Shown in pieces: positions 23,337 through 36,670 of a stretch of 36,670 nucleotides of DNA. The notes under the pieces are model-generated. The model was not told the DNA's origin and made no database searches. It saw only the letters and a program-made list of their open reading frames with translations. The translations under genes and the position numbers were made by a program. Every line of letters starts with the position of its first letter. Within the stretch, counting starts at the first letter, position 1. This DNA comes from Octopus bimaculoides (taxonomy: Eukaryota), in contig NC_068989.1 of assembly GCF_001194135.2 (NCBI RefSeq), positions 15,859,054 through 15,895,723 of the forward strand, read 5' to 3'.

Positions 23337-23567
23337 GGCGGCGAGCTGGCAGAAACATTAGCACGCCGGGCGAAATGCTTAGCAGTATTTCGTCTACCGC
23401 TACGTTCTGAGTTCAAATTCCGCCAAGGTCGACTTTGCCTTTCATCCTTTCGGGATCGATTAAATAAGTACCAGTTACGCACTGGGGTTGATATAATCGA
23501 CTTAATCCGTTTGTCTATCCTTGTTTGTCCCCTCTGTGTGTAGCCCCTTGTGGGTAGTAAAGAAATA
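23337..23567 (+). mobile_element. SINE family B (Meta-like), tail variant 1, full length
   Basis: GGCGGCGAGCTGGCAGAAAC head, Meta-like core, ends GTAGTAAAGAAATA; imperfect TSD CATCTGTAGAT / CATCAGTAGAT. Confidence 0.93.
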
Positions 23568-24429
23568 ACGCATCAGTAGATGACTCGCACGCACGCGCAA
23601 TCATATGCACACTCACAAACATACAATTACACATGCTCACTCATGCACAAAAACAGATAAGCACATACAAATGCGCATATTTGGCTTCTTACATGTATAC
23701 AGCAACTCCACGCGATGGCAATGAGGCATTGACATTGTGAAATAAAATCATAGCAAGCAACTGGCAAGTGGGAGACGATCGGTATACCAACACCTGTAAG
23801 TCAATAAATTACACTCGAAATTTATTACATGTCATTAGAAGATGTCAGAGACAGGGCGGAAATACAGATGCTGGTTATCGAATTTTTGCAGATTTTTTAT
23901 TTTTTATTTTGTCAATGTTTAAACAAATTGAAAGCAATTAAGTTGTCGAAAATACAAATAGAATAACAATGAAATAAAAATGTAATTATTTTCTCTGTGT
24001 TTGGTCGCTTGGTTGCTTTATCTGTTATGAGGGGAGAAAATTAAACATGGCTGAAGGGAAAATGTGTGGAGAGAGAAGGAAAGAGAGGTAGAGAGGAAGA
24101 AAGAGAGAAAAGATGGGTTGAATGAGGAGTGAGTGCTGTAAAACAGCTTGAGGTAGAGACAGAAACTGAAATATAATCCTTGACTACAATTACGTTCTTC
24201 CATAATATAAACTACTGGTAAAGAAATAAGCAAATACAAAGTTAATATTACTTCTGATAACAGAGAGGTTATAATTAAATATTTTATACTTTTTCTAATC
24301 TGTTTTTTTTTCTTTCCAGTACCAGTAAATTATCATTAAAAATTAAAATTCTAAATAGCTTAGAATGACAAACGACAAGCAGAGAGAAAAAANNNNNNNN
24401 NNNNNNNNNNNNNNNNNNNNNNNNNNNNN

Positions 24430-24470
<41 letters not shown>

Positions 24471-26341
24471 CAGACAGAGGCAGAGAAAGACGGAATGAGA
24501 GAGAATTGGAGAGTGTGTGTGTGAGTGTTAGTAGGTGAATTAAAATGTAAGTGCGTTGGAGGATAAAGTAATAATTACGTTGTCTGGCGTAACAAACGAT
24601 AGAGGTGTGAGTGAAAGTGAATGAATTATAATAAGAATGAATCGGAGTGAGGTTCTTACACTGCACAAAATGATAGGTAACATGTACTGCATTTGTGAAG
24701 TTACTGGATGTATTGTATATATGAAGTTTTTCAAATAAATTGTTTAATGAAACAATAAGGCTGAATAAAAAAACTAAAGACTAGCACGAGTTAACATTTT
24801 TAATCTTTCTAAATTTAAGTTCCCTTTTCAGTACCAGAGGATTGTTATATCGTTAAAACAGAAAGTAAGTGTAAACAGTTTGTATGACATCCGCCAAATA
24901 GGTGTACTATATATTCATCGAAACGAACAAATACCTCGCAGGTTCAAATGTATGTAAATTCAAATCATTTTACATGCGTATGAATTTGTGATGTGATTTC
25001 ACAAATATATGATTATAAGTGTATTCAGGTATGTATATATGCATGCGGGTTTGTATGTGTGAAAGAGAAAGAAATGGAGAAAGAGCGAGTGTGTAGTTAT
25101 ATTTGTGGGTGAATCCGAACTTATGTGGCTGTATGTATAAGATGTATATATGTGCAAAATTTTATAAAGGAATGATTAATGAAACAACATAATGGAAAAA
25201 AATGAGCCACAAAAGGAAAAAAATATTAATGACTTTTATGAGGTTATAAAATAACGCAAAAGGATCGGAAAAGTTCAAGTGAGACAGCAGCTGCCATAAC
25301 TAGTGATATTCCTCACAGAAAAAAAAAATCACGGTCTTTCTGGCAAAAACTAAATGAATATAAAAAGGAACGAGTTTAAGACAGTGTGTTAAAATAATTA
25401 TGTGCTTCGCAAGAAGTTCTGGGAAGAAGATGAAGAGAAAGAGAGTTGTGTGCAAGCGAAAATTCGTCGCAAAGAGAAATAGAAAGGATAAAAGAATAAA
25501 GAGAAGAGAACAAAAGAGAACAAATGCAGAAAGTAGAAAAATTTATCGAAAAAGAAAGTGGAAAACCAGAGTTAACTTCGGGTTGTCCCTGTTGGATCAA
25601 TTCTATCATAAACTATGTGCCAGCCGTAACTCTCCCGTTTTTTTTTTGTTTTTTTTGTATATTAGAGGTCACATTGCCCGATAGTTTGTGATATTCAAAA
25701 GAAATGACGCGATGGTCACGAGTGGAACCACTCGGCTGATCATAAATCTTCTCTATCAAAACAGATCTGCAGCTAAACGACAACACCGACGACAACAGTA
25801 CATGAAGGAGCTTCTATACAGTCACTCGATATTTGTTATTAGAAAAGGCAGCCAAATAGCCCTTATACTGCTCATAATAATGTTAAGGAAGGACACATTG
25901 GGCAACGTCATTATGGACTTATATTCAGAAAGAAAAGAGACGCCTTTATACTTAGCTTTCTTCAACAACAGCTCACTGAGGGTTGAACAATTGCAAATAC
26001 AACAACTAATACAAGAAAAAACACAATTAGTAAAGCAAACAGACACACCATTACGATGAAAAGTAATATCACCACTTTCGGCTAAGTCTGTTCTATGCGT
26101 GCTAGTGTGTGTCTCTGTACGAATGCGTGTGTGAGTGGTGTGTATGTGTGTCTACATCAACTGCATATCGACAGCACCAATAATCGAACAAATGTTGAAT
26201 ATACTAAATTATTTCAATATAATTTCATATAACATATTTAGCAGTAAAATCCTCCCGTTTTTCAGCCAGTATTTTTCGCTTGAAATTAGTTGATTTTCAT
26301 TTTAGTACACTATATTGATTAGTATATGTATCTGTGTATAG

Positions 26342-26342
<1 letters not shown>

Positions 26343-26411
<69 letters not shown>
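26343..26411. repeat. (TG)n microsatellite
   Basis: Direct reading. Confidence 0.97.
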
Positions 26412-26413
<2 letters not shown>

Positions 26414-26441
26414 CCGAATTTATATGATTGCCTACTGAAGA

Positions 26442-26863
<422 letters not shown>

Positions 26864-27332
26864 CATATATAAATATATACATTAATCTAGATGCATAAAT
26901 TAAGGGAACTGCAGTATATAGTCAAGACAACACAAGAAACTTAACATCACTGGGATACATAGCGTACTGATAAATTGCGTAGTGACAATAGCGTACTTAT
27001 TAAAACTATAGCAACGCCATGTAAGCATAAAATTTTGTAGAAGTAAACTTGTTGAATGGCTTATATCACACACAAAAACCAAATGAAATTGTAAAAGATA
27101 TTCGAACATCGAATATTTATCAAGCAGAAATTCAAATGAGAGGTTACTTGTGTTGGCGCATCCGTATAGACTTTATTCCGGTCATGAACACTTCGCTACA
27201 GTCGGAGACAATATAAAAAAGTTAATGCAAATCATTTCCCATGCGTTACTAGAATTCCAAAATAAACATGTAATTTTAAGAAATAATATAGAAGATATGT
27301 ACCTTTGTCTTGGTTCAACAGCCCCCACCGTT

Positions 27333-27388
27333 TGTTTTTGCTGTCTTGTTTTTACTGTCTTGTTTTTACCGTCTTGTTCACACTGTCC
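27333..27388. repeat. 14-bp minisatellite, 4 copies
   Basis: TGTTTTTGCTGTCT / TGTTTTTACTGTCT / TGTTTTTACCGTCT / TGTTCACACTGTCC. Confidence 0.8.
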
Positions 27389-27733
27389 TGTTCTTGTTTA
27401 CACTTTCACCTGCCGCAAAAAATTCCAAATTTAATTAATTTGCTTTGCGGGAAGGACTGTTCCAAAGAAGTCGCGTATTGTCCTTGCCTTCGAAACGCGA
27501 AGTAGATGGAACAGGGACAACTGAAGAAGGAAAGTATTCTTTATGTTGCACGTCTCGTTTCTCTGTTTGTTTTTTTCGTTGGTCGAAAAAAAGTTCGTTT
27601 TCTGTCTTCATCTTTATGTTTTCGTTTCTCATTGTTTAACGTTTTTTGTGATGTCCTGTACCCATATATGCATGTATGTATACATATAGATGTAGGTATG
27701 TACATATATGCATATATCTATATATTATTTATG

Positions 27734-27783
<50 letters not shown>

Positions 27784-27899
27784 TAGTATTAATTAACAGT
27801 AGGAGATGGATTTCGTATAAGACTTTTATTCACACGCAAACACACACACACACCCATATATACATAATTAATGTGTCTATGCATACATACATATATGTT

Positions 27900-28116
27900 T
27901 GCGTGTGTGTGTGTATGTATGTATGTATGTATTATGTATGTATGTACGCATGTATGTATGTATGCATGAATGTATGCATGCATGTATGTATGTACGTATG
28001 TACGTATGTATGTATGTATGTATGTATATATGTATGTATTTATGTATGTATGCATGTATGTATGTATGTATGCATGTATGTATGTATGTATGTATGTATG
28101 TATGTATGTATGTATA
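27900..28116. repeat. (ATGT)n microsatellite with ATGC variants
   Basis: Direct reading; source of the MYVC-type pseudo-ORFs. Confidence 0.96.
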
Positions 28117-30278
28117 TGGACATTGTATACGCAACTTATCTGTAATATTAGAGTTAATTTCTCTATCATATATTCTGAAAGTTTTATCCATCTCTTATTT
28201 GTTTTTTAATCACATAGTTTATTCGTATAATCTTTTATTCTGACCTTTTTATATTTATTTTCTTCAATCCTCACTATTCTCAAACAAAAGATCTATAATG
28301 GACAAAACTAAAACAAATATACTTAGACATTAAAAGAAAGTCAAATATATCCAGAATAAACGAAAACAAACGTGATATAGAATTACATCTCAGTTTGTAT
28401 CTGCAGTGCCAAACGCTGGCGATGTTGATGTTGGAGTTAGTTGTATTTACTGGTGAAGCTAATGTTTTCTCATTGTACGTCACAAGATCAGCTCTAACCG
28501 ATCGATTCTATGGCACGCCCGTAGATGGCCGAATGAGTATACTGAACCTACGAATCATTTTTCCTAGTTATACTACGTCTTTGCCCACCTCTATGCAATA
28601 TTGTAAACTCTGACATAGAACTCTGAAAATAGTGCACTTTCTCAACTAACCAGAATAATTCTTTGTGCCTATTGTCGACGTTTAACTCCATATCAATTCT
28701 GATATCCAGCAGAACTATTATCATATGAGTTCCAGTTGTGTATGTAGGACTAAATTATCTATTGTTTATGACAGTTCGCTATAATTCCAGAAAGACTTGG
28801 TCGTTATCTGTAGTAAGTCGAGTGACCATGTAAAAGATCCCTTGTTAGATCATAAGAAACACACTTCTGTAGATTCTGGTGGGTCGTGTAAGTTTTGACA
28901 ACACTGTTTTGTCACTGCCCTTTTCAGTACAAACCGATTTGACGGCGGACATTTTAGTGCCAAGAACACTTTTATGTTAAAACAAAAATGGTTTTATTCC
29001 ATATTTTTTCAAATACAAGAGCAACATTACTCAAATATAAAACTTTAGTTACATATGAAGTTACTGGTCCTTCTAATAGGTGACAATTAAGGAGTTCTTG
29101 TAGCATATGCCCGGTTAGAAGTACTGAGTTCTTCGGTCACCTTTTTATATATTTTAACTAAATACCCCTCATTTATGCATATGAGTTCCCGACTGCAGTT
29201 GTGAAGCATTCTATGGCTATTACTGGTATGTAAGTTTTAACGACAATAAAAAAAAAATAGAAAGCGTGATTTAATGAACAGATCCCACGTCCACTGATCC
29301 CATCAGTTTACAACGATTAGGTCTACCAAAATATATGTTCTGCAACCAAATATTGAATAATTGCTATTGTGTGATCGTGGACTAAACCCTGATCAGATCT
29401 TGGGAAGATCTTAAAAACTGGCCCCAGTAATAAAGGACATCTTTGTTCATGGCTTCCAGTCTTTTCTAAGATTTAAGTTACTTTATGGGAATTTTCGAAT
29501 TTTCACACATATATGGTGCATTGAAAGAAAACCACTCCAACTTGAAGCTCACTCCGATAGACCATGATATTTTAGCAAGCTCTATGCAGCGTTATTAGGA
29601 ATCATTCCATGTAGTTCAAATAAAGAATGTTATATTTTCCTCAATATATGCAAAAATATGTAATCAAATTATGTCTAACAGAGATTCATACAACTCACTA
29701 AAAATTTAAATAATTATAGCAATATCGACGGCAACACAGGCGTTCTAGACATAAGGTTGTAACAAGAATTTCAAGGTTTAGTCAAATGTTTAGTAATACG
29801 TAGACTGGTTGTCAAAACAGGCAAGGAAATGGAAGACTAGACCCTCTATTTCTTTCCAATATTTGAAACCTTTTTTTCCTGGAACTTTAGACGAAGTAGA
29901 CTTAACAAATAATCATTTGGAGGTAGCACACGGTCGATTATAATATGAACTTGGTATGCAAAGTCCCACCAAATGGAAATCAATATATTTGCTGCGTAAA
30001 ATACGGAAAAGTAGAGTTGCATATTATGAACGTTTACTGTTTAGCTTGAATTGCAGCAGTAACCGAAAATTATAGCGATGCAGATAAATGAGATAAAAAG
30101 AAAAAGTTATGCAGATAAGATATAATACAAATAGCTTAGGGAAGTAGTTGAAATAGGAAATTGTTCTTACTTATATGAACATATAAATGCTGAATATTCG
30201 AGAAAACTTGCCTCGTTATTACCAATAAAACGAGATAACACTGTATGTGAATAAATTTACATTTCGATGTATGTATAC

Positions 30279-30316
<38 letters not shown>

Positions 30317-30326
30317 NNNNNNNNNN

Positions 30327-30361
<35 letters not shown>

Positions 30362-31402
30362 GTATATACGTATGTGCGTGTGTGTGTGTGTGTGTAGCTT
30401 CCTTTTAGTATTGCCGTAATGACTCTCCCTAGACACAACAATATACATTTATATCAATAACTAAATAAATAGAAGAGCTCATATATATTACCAATATAAT
30501 TATCATTTATATATTTTTTTACACGTTTTATTACAGTTTCTAGATTAAGCAAGATCCTGATACTTAATTTATATACCTAGACATTGTTGTTGTATATTAT
30601 TATAATAACAAAAGATTGTCTTCGACCTAAACGAGTTTGGATTAATATTATTTGAGATATATAGAAATATATTTCGGTAGATGTAGATTCTACTTACTTA
30701 ATTATTTTGCCGTTATAATTTTGTTGTCTTTTAATTGTAATTGCTATGTATTTGAAAAGTTAACGCTCACGTTCATAATACATAGGCATTTGAATTGAAG
30801 TGTTTCTTTCTATAACAGTGGTTAGTTCAATAGTACGGGACATTCTCTTGAAACTATTTCAGTGTAATCGTTTTTTGAATCGTGGTATAAGCACCAGTTC
30901 TATGGCGGTCTTCCTTCAACCAGCAAGTTTACGTAATCCTATGATAATGAAGTGTAATGTCTTAGGCTTTTCCCAAGAGCCTTATATGCCTAAAGCACTT
31001 AGTCCACAAACCTTTAAAATAGATGTGACACATTAAAAACGACTTCTGTAATCCCATTCATTGCAAGGATTCTGCTAAATATTTCATGTTCCTGTTACAT
31101 CGGCTTGACAGAAGACTATCATTCTCAAACCTCAGCCATCAGGAAAGTTTGAACTCGACACTGCAAGCTTCTAAGCTAATGAAACACTCGTCGAGTTCAT
31201 AGTCCTACATCGATGGATTATACCGCAAATTATTTACAGCTTAATAATTACCACAAAATAGGTACAAAAAATAGGTACCAATCTTTGAAGACGTTCAAGC
31301 GTGCATGAAAGTATTTGAACCATCAATGCTTGATTAATTTTCTTTTATTTTGTTAGTTCAGTCATCTGTGGCTTGGAATTTGATACACAATAATCAAACA
31401 GA

Positions 31403-31497
31403 CATACACACATACATACATACATACATACATACATACATACATACATACATACATACATACATACAGGCAGACAGACAGACAGACAGACAGACAT

Positions 31498-31553
<56 letters not shown>

Positions 31554-31560
31554 ATAGATA
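31403..31560. repeat. Compound (CATA)n-(GACA)n-(GATA)n microsatellite
   Basis: Direct reading. Confidence 0.96.
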
Positions 31561-32214
31561 TAGAGAGATACAAAGACTGAGATATACAAAAAGAGAATGA
31601 GAAATAAGATCTATCGACCATGACCTTTGCATGATTCCCTTTCCTGGTGACATTGATTCAATTAATGTTCGGCTCGAATTTCTGGAGATTTGATGTTGAT
31701 GGGAAGAACGTGAGCAGTGATGGTGTCCCAAATGGTAACACTTCGGAAGCGGAAGGAATGGAAAGGATTTTGGTGCAGAATTTCAGGGTTGATACAAAAT
31801 GAGATTGATAAATAATGCAGTAAGATATGAAGAAAAGCAGATGATCTGAGTGGATCTGCATGGAAGTGGTATGCTGGATGTTAGTCCAATACATGACTAG
31901 ACACTACTATCCTGCCAATAGAAGCCACAAAGAAAAAATCGCACCTGTGTATTGTTGTTGTTGCTGTTGTTATTGTTGTTATTGACAATGGTGGTGATGG
32001 TGTCGGTGGTGGTTATTGGCGTCGACGTCTTCGTCGTTGTCGTTATATTTTTTATAAGCAATTCCACTGTGTTCATGCTATCTTTTTCCTCTGTCCTGGT
32101 GGCCCAAGGTTATAGCATCCAATTTGATCCGACGAAAGACTGTTGGAAGGACTCAGAGGGATAACTGGCAACTATTTTTAGCAGGCCAAGTGAAGACGAA
32201 GCTGGGGGTCTACA

Positions 32215-32590
32215 ACGTGGTTGATTGGCAGAGTCGTTAGAGAGTCAGAGAATATGCTTGACAGTATATGTTTCGGCATTCAGCGTTCTGAGTTCAAATA
32301 CCGCCAAGGTCAATTTTGCTATTCATCTCGATCAAGAAAAGATAGCAGTCCCGAGCGGTGGCCTGACGAAATTTTAACAATGTCGGACATGATGCCTTGT
32401 GTATTTATTTATTCTGGTTCGTTTCGTTCTGAGTTCAAAACCTGCCTTATATGTATGTATGTGTGTATGTGTTTGTCTCCCCAACGTTTGACAACCGGTG
32501 TTGGTTTCGGCAAAAGTGACAAATAAAATAATGTACCAGACTTTGAAAAACTTAGTACTGGGGTCGATTTGTTTGACTAAATCCTTCTAG
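32215..32590 (+). mobile_element. Old degenerate SINE sequence: family B-like head followed by family C-like tail
   Basis: GATTGGCAGAGTCGTTAG...GTTCTGAGTTCAAATACCGCCAAGGTC, then TTGACAACCGGTGTTGG...TTCGGCAAAAG...TACTGGGGTCGATTTGTTTGACTAAA. Confidence 0.65.
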
Positions 32591-33286
32591 GCAGATTAAC
32601 TACTTGTGTGGTATTAGATGTTGGTGTGTGTAGGCAGTACTCCAAGGAAATTCCATAGTAAACGGTCAGCAAATGGCCACAGCTGAAAATACAAAGTGGA
32701 TCTCTAGCCTTTGAAAAACAGTTTGTTGTTCTTGTTATGATAGTTGTTATTGACATTGATGCTGTTGTTGTTGTTGTTGTTGTTGTTTATCTTCATGTCA
32801 TATCTGGGTGAACAGATCTAAGGTCAAAGACGTTACATTTGAGTCCATTTCCTCTGCACTTAGACATCAAGGACTAACTGAAGCTAGTTTCAGCTGCTAT
32901 TTCTAGCCAGCTACATGAAGTCATAGAGACGCTTTTGTTCGAATGTTTATGTTTTGGCAATGGTTACCTACCAATATATCTCATAGCAATTGAGATATGG
33001 CTACCTACCAATATATCGCATACCAAATACTGATTTTCATTATGATATGTGTTAAATTGGCACTGATACAAATATCTACGTATTTGAATTATGACTACCT
33101 AAGACACAGAAATGCCAAAATTTACATTCCGAGTTGTTCCGCCTTCTTCCTTTTCAACTCCCAGAATTCTTGCTTTATTTTTTACGAACGTATTAAAACA
33201 GAAAAACGGAGCAGTGAATGGGCTGTAATTGGATAGCAAAAAAGCAATTAGATTGCTTTCGATCACATTTTCTGCATGTGAATTTA

Positions 33287-33357
33287 TGTATGTATGTATG
33301 TATGTATGTATGTATGTATGTATGTATGCATGTATGCATGTATGCATGTATGTATGC

Positions 33358-33390
<33 letters not shown>

Positions 33391-33421
33391 TGTATGCATG
33401 TATGTATGCATGTATGTATGC

Positions 33422-33465
<44 letters not shown>
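33287..33465. repeat. (ATGT)n microsatellite
   Basis: Direct reading. Confidence 0.96.
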
Positions 33466-33467
<2 letters not shown>

Positions 33468-33538
33468 GTGTGTATGTTTGTATGTGTTAGTATGTGTGTG
33501 TGAGAGTGTGCGTGGCTAGATACATAGATAGAGATATA

Positions 33539-33755
33539 TGAGGAGGTACTGAAAAGTTCCTGGCTTTGGCTAAAAGAAAATCCAGGAGGGTCAGTTTATT
33601 ATGATTTTATTCAACATATTCCCCTCTCACATTCACACACTTACTGCAGCGGCCCTTCAGTTTTTCGAAGTCGTGTTAGAGAACTCGGAAGTTTGGGACA
33701 CGAACCAGGCCTTTCGCGACACCTTTAAAGCCAGGAACTTTTCAGCACACCCTCG
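33539..33755. mobile_element. Tc1/mariner-type MITE with about 29-bp TIRs and TA target duplication
   Basis: 5' TA-TGAGGAGGTACTGAAAAGTTCCTGGCTTT; 3' AAAGCCAGGAACTTTTCAGCACACCCTCG-TA; inner 19 bp perfectly inverted; no ORF. Confidence 0.9.
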
Positions 33756-33827
33756 TAGATACATATACACATGAACACACACATACATACATATTATGTA
33801 TGTATATATATATATATATATATATAT

Positions 33828-34361
33828 NNNNNNNNNNNNNNNNNNNNNNNNNNNNNNNNNNNNNNNNNNNNNNNNNNNNNNNNNNNNNNNNNNNNNNNNN
33901 NNNNNNNNNNNNNNNNNNNNNNNNNNNNNNNNNNNNNNNNNNNNNNNNNNNNNNNNNNNNNNNNNNNNNNNNNNNNNNNNNNNNNNNNNNNNNNNNNNNN
34001 NNNNNNNNNNNNNNNNNNNNNNNNNNNNNNNNNNNNNNNNNNNNNNNNNNNNNNNNNNNNNNNNNNNNNNNNNNNNNNNNNNNNNNNNNNNNNNNNNNNN
34101 NNNNNNNNNNNNNNNNNNNNNNNNNNNNNNNNNNNNNNNNNNNNNNNNNNNNNNNNNNNNNNNNNNNNNNNNNNNNNNNNNNNNNNNNNNNNNNNNNNNN
34201 NNNNNNNNNNNNNNNNNNNNNNNNNNNNNNNNNNNNNNNNNNNNNNNNNNNNNNNNNNNNNNNNNNNNNNNNNNNNNNNNNNNNNNNNNNNNNNNNNNNN
34301 NNNNNNNNNNNNNNNNNNNNNNNNNNNNNNNNNNNNNNNNNNNNNNNNNNNNNNNNNNNNN
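33828..34361. other. Largest assembly gap (N-run)
   Basis: Other gaps: 597-916, 3647-3817, 8232-8404, 12685-13076, 14285-14361, 17323-17448, 22583-22643, 24393-24429, 30317-30326; most abut (TA)n/(CA)n or other simple repeats. Confidence 0.99.
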
Positions 34362-35644
34362 TATATATATATATATATATATATATATTAGTCATGGCAC
34401 AAGGCCAACAATTTCGGGGTTAAGTCGATTATTGAACTCATAAAGCAAAATATGACGGATATGCTTGTTTGTTACTTTCATTATAACTTTGAAAAAACAA
34501 CTGCTAAAATCGAACTGCACTCTTCAAAACTTGCACTAAGAATGAGTATAAGGTAAAATTACTACCTGCTTTTATAGCTAGGTGATGCAGGTAGTTTATT
34601 CTGTACCCCTCCGACTTTTAGTTCATGCAATTGAAAAAACTGCATTATTTACAGGATGACCTAATGTGTATATATATACAGAGAGAGAGAGAGAGAGTAT
34701 ACACACAAACATACACACAGACATATGCACAAACACACACACATATACGAATTTAGTGCACACTCATAAAAAAGCTCCTTTAATGGATCAGGCTACAAAT
34801 GTATTATATACATTAATACAGGCGTATAAAATAATTTAGATTTTATTATTTACTTTACGCTAAAATAAATTATTTTTATATGACAAAGGCCGCGAAATGA
34901 TTGTCATTATATGGATGTCATCTGGTGAAATAAATATATACAACTTATACCTCCTCTTTCTTTATATTATATTTACATGGATGTATATATGTATGGATGG
35001 ATGAATGGATATTTCGAATGATTTATCGATGAATAGATAAAAAAAATTACTTTCAGTTTCATTTGTTTATTAATGATTTTATTTGGCTTTCTTATTTTCC
35101 AGTTCCCCACGTTGAAACAATAAACGAAAAACTACACAATATTCGTTTCTACCTCGTACACTATTTTTACTTGTAAGTCTTTTTCCCTTCATAAAAATTT
35201 CAATCTGTTCTTTCTGCTAGTGCTTTACTGCTTTTGTCCTTCTACTCCCCTCATGCATTTCTTTTATGTTTTAATTTTCCTTTCTATCTTCTTATTCAGT
35301 ATCCTAGTGATCATGTTAGTGAGATCTTATTTTATATTTTGTATTTGGTACAGAATACAACTGGGTACCCAATTAATGCTTTTATTATTTGAGTTGTACC
35401 GTTTACATGTTATCTTAATATGTATCCACTTGTTTACCTAGAAATCGCGTGCACTGCATATAGTAGTTCCGGTTAGCAAATAATTCCATACGTGAGTGTG
35501 TATTTATATATAGGTATATATACATATACATTTATATGCGCACACATACATTTATATGTATGTGTGCGCATATAAATGTATATACATGTGTGTATCTGTG
35601 TTTGTGTGTATGTATATATGTGTGTGCGTTTGTATCCATGTATG

Positions 35645-35684
<40 letters not shown>

Positions 35685-36264
35685 CATACACATACACACT
35701 TACCCGCATGTATTAATTCCTGGACAATTGAAATTAGGTTTTGCGAGTGGATTAGCAGACAGGTTGGCATCCCGCTGGGATAATAGGATGACCACGAGTC
35801 CTTTGAGGAAAAAAGAGAAAACGAATACTTCTAGTGTATATCATGATATATCAGAACATTTATCCATCTTCATGAAAAAGAAAAAAAAGGGCATATGCTT
35901 GCGATAGAGTAAAAGAAATTAAAAAAGACAGAATTTTATGTTTGATTTATATTTATTCATTTGATTTTTATTTCCATTAACTAATTTTGGTCTATTTGTC
36001 TTGCAATTTATACTTTGAATATTTTATTACAATTACTTTAGTTGGTACTTTTAAGACTTTTGCGTATTTGAATTAATAAGTTACTCAGTACACAGAGAAT
36101 GCTAAAAACACAATGGGGAAGAAAAAAAAAACGATGGGGAAACTGAACGTGATCCAGCAGAGCTGTCCAAGACATTCACCTGATGGCGTGCCGGCAGACA
36201 GAAGCTGCTGGTTTATATTTATTTATGTAATTATTTATATGATACTTTGTGTAAGTGTATAATA

Positions 36265-36670
36265 AAATGACAGTATTTTACGTAGGATATGGGCAGTTCC
36301 CATGAGCACTATCTTTTGAACTTCAGCCATTTTGGGGTTTCCTGGTATCTGAGCTAGGTAGTAATCAGCCCGTTTCGCTGTCATTCCCAGGGCACCTATG
36401 ACAATAGGTATTGTTTTCGTCTTCAGATTCCACATTTTGCTAATTTCTATTTCAAGATCTTTATATTTGCTCAGTTTTTGGTAGGTCTTGACAGATACGT
36501 TTATATCGATTGGGACAGTCATATCAATGAGGAGGCATGATTTTTGTCTGAAGTCTTTCAGTATGATGTCTGGCCTATTTGCGTCTATCTTTCTGTCAGT
36601 TTGAATGGTGAAGTTCCAGAGGAGTGCAACGTGATCATTTTCAAGTACTGGGGGTGGTTTGTGTTCCCAC
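36265..36670 (-). mobile_element. R4/Dong-like non-LTR retrotransposon, C-terminal RLE domain (continues beyond the window)
   Basis: Open frame from 36669: WEHKPPPVLENDHVALLWNFTIQTDRKIDANRPDIILKDFRQKSCLLIDMTVPIDINVSVKTYQKLSKYKDLEIEISKMWNLKTKTIPIVIGALG...VQKIVLMGTAHILRKILS; NRPD, D and K-KY-DL catalytic pattern. Confidence 0.93.

Noticed and set aside
27789-28243. MYVC/HTYI-repeat ORFs (also 33099-33519 and 31345-31731)
   Set aside because: Translations of tetranucleotide microsatellites.
31630-31800. Plus-strand frame MFGSNFWRFDVDGKNVSSDGVP resembling a hemopexin repeat
   Set aside because: Spacing differs from the consensus, an upstream in-frame stop leaves no acceptor before the WRFD motif, and no neighbouring repeats were found.
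33742-34443. ORFs of 206-217 aa
   Set aside because: Almost entirely X from the 534-nt gap.
36150-36210. GC-rich 60-bp patch with a CAG|gtgaat donor on the minus strand
   Set aside because: No polypyrimidine tract and too short to interpret; it could extend the minus-strand exon chain but is unsupported.

Overview
AT-rich, repeat-dense animal genomic DNA from a gapped short-read scaffold (10 N-runs, most next to microsatellites). The SINE families and microsatellite load resemble octopus/coleoid cephalopod DNA; this is an inference from recalled repeat consensus, not a search. No host protein-coding gene can be confidently identified, and most ORFs in the supplied track are artefacts of N-runs or simple repeats. 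Well supported: (1) a decayed pogo/Tigger-type transposase (BrkDBD-like, CENP-B HTH, DDE_1) at about 5.7-6.9 kb. (2) Three fragments of non-LTR retrotransposons with a restriction-like endonuclease (two at 20.5-21.5 kb, one R4/Dong-like with an open frame running off the window end). (3) About a dozen tRNA-derived SINE copies from three families, some with clear target-site duplications. (4) A mariner-type MITE and a mariner terminal fragment. (5) Several long palindromes. The most interesting signal is a roughly 150-bp inverted repeat at 26.4-26.9 kb. Both arms carry a degenerate minimal hammerhead-ribozyme-like core (CTGATGA...GAAA-GTAC-T-N), as described for Penelope-like retroelements. Short splice-site-bounded segments on both strands can be chained in phase into hypothetical genes, but these are low-confidence.
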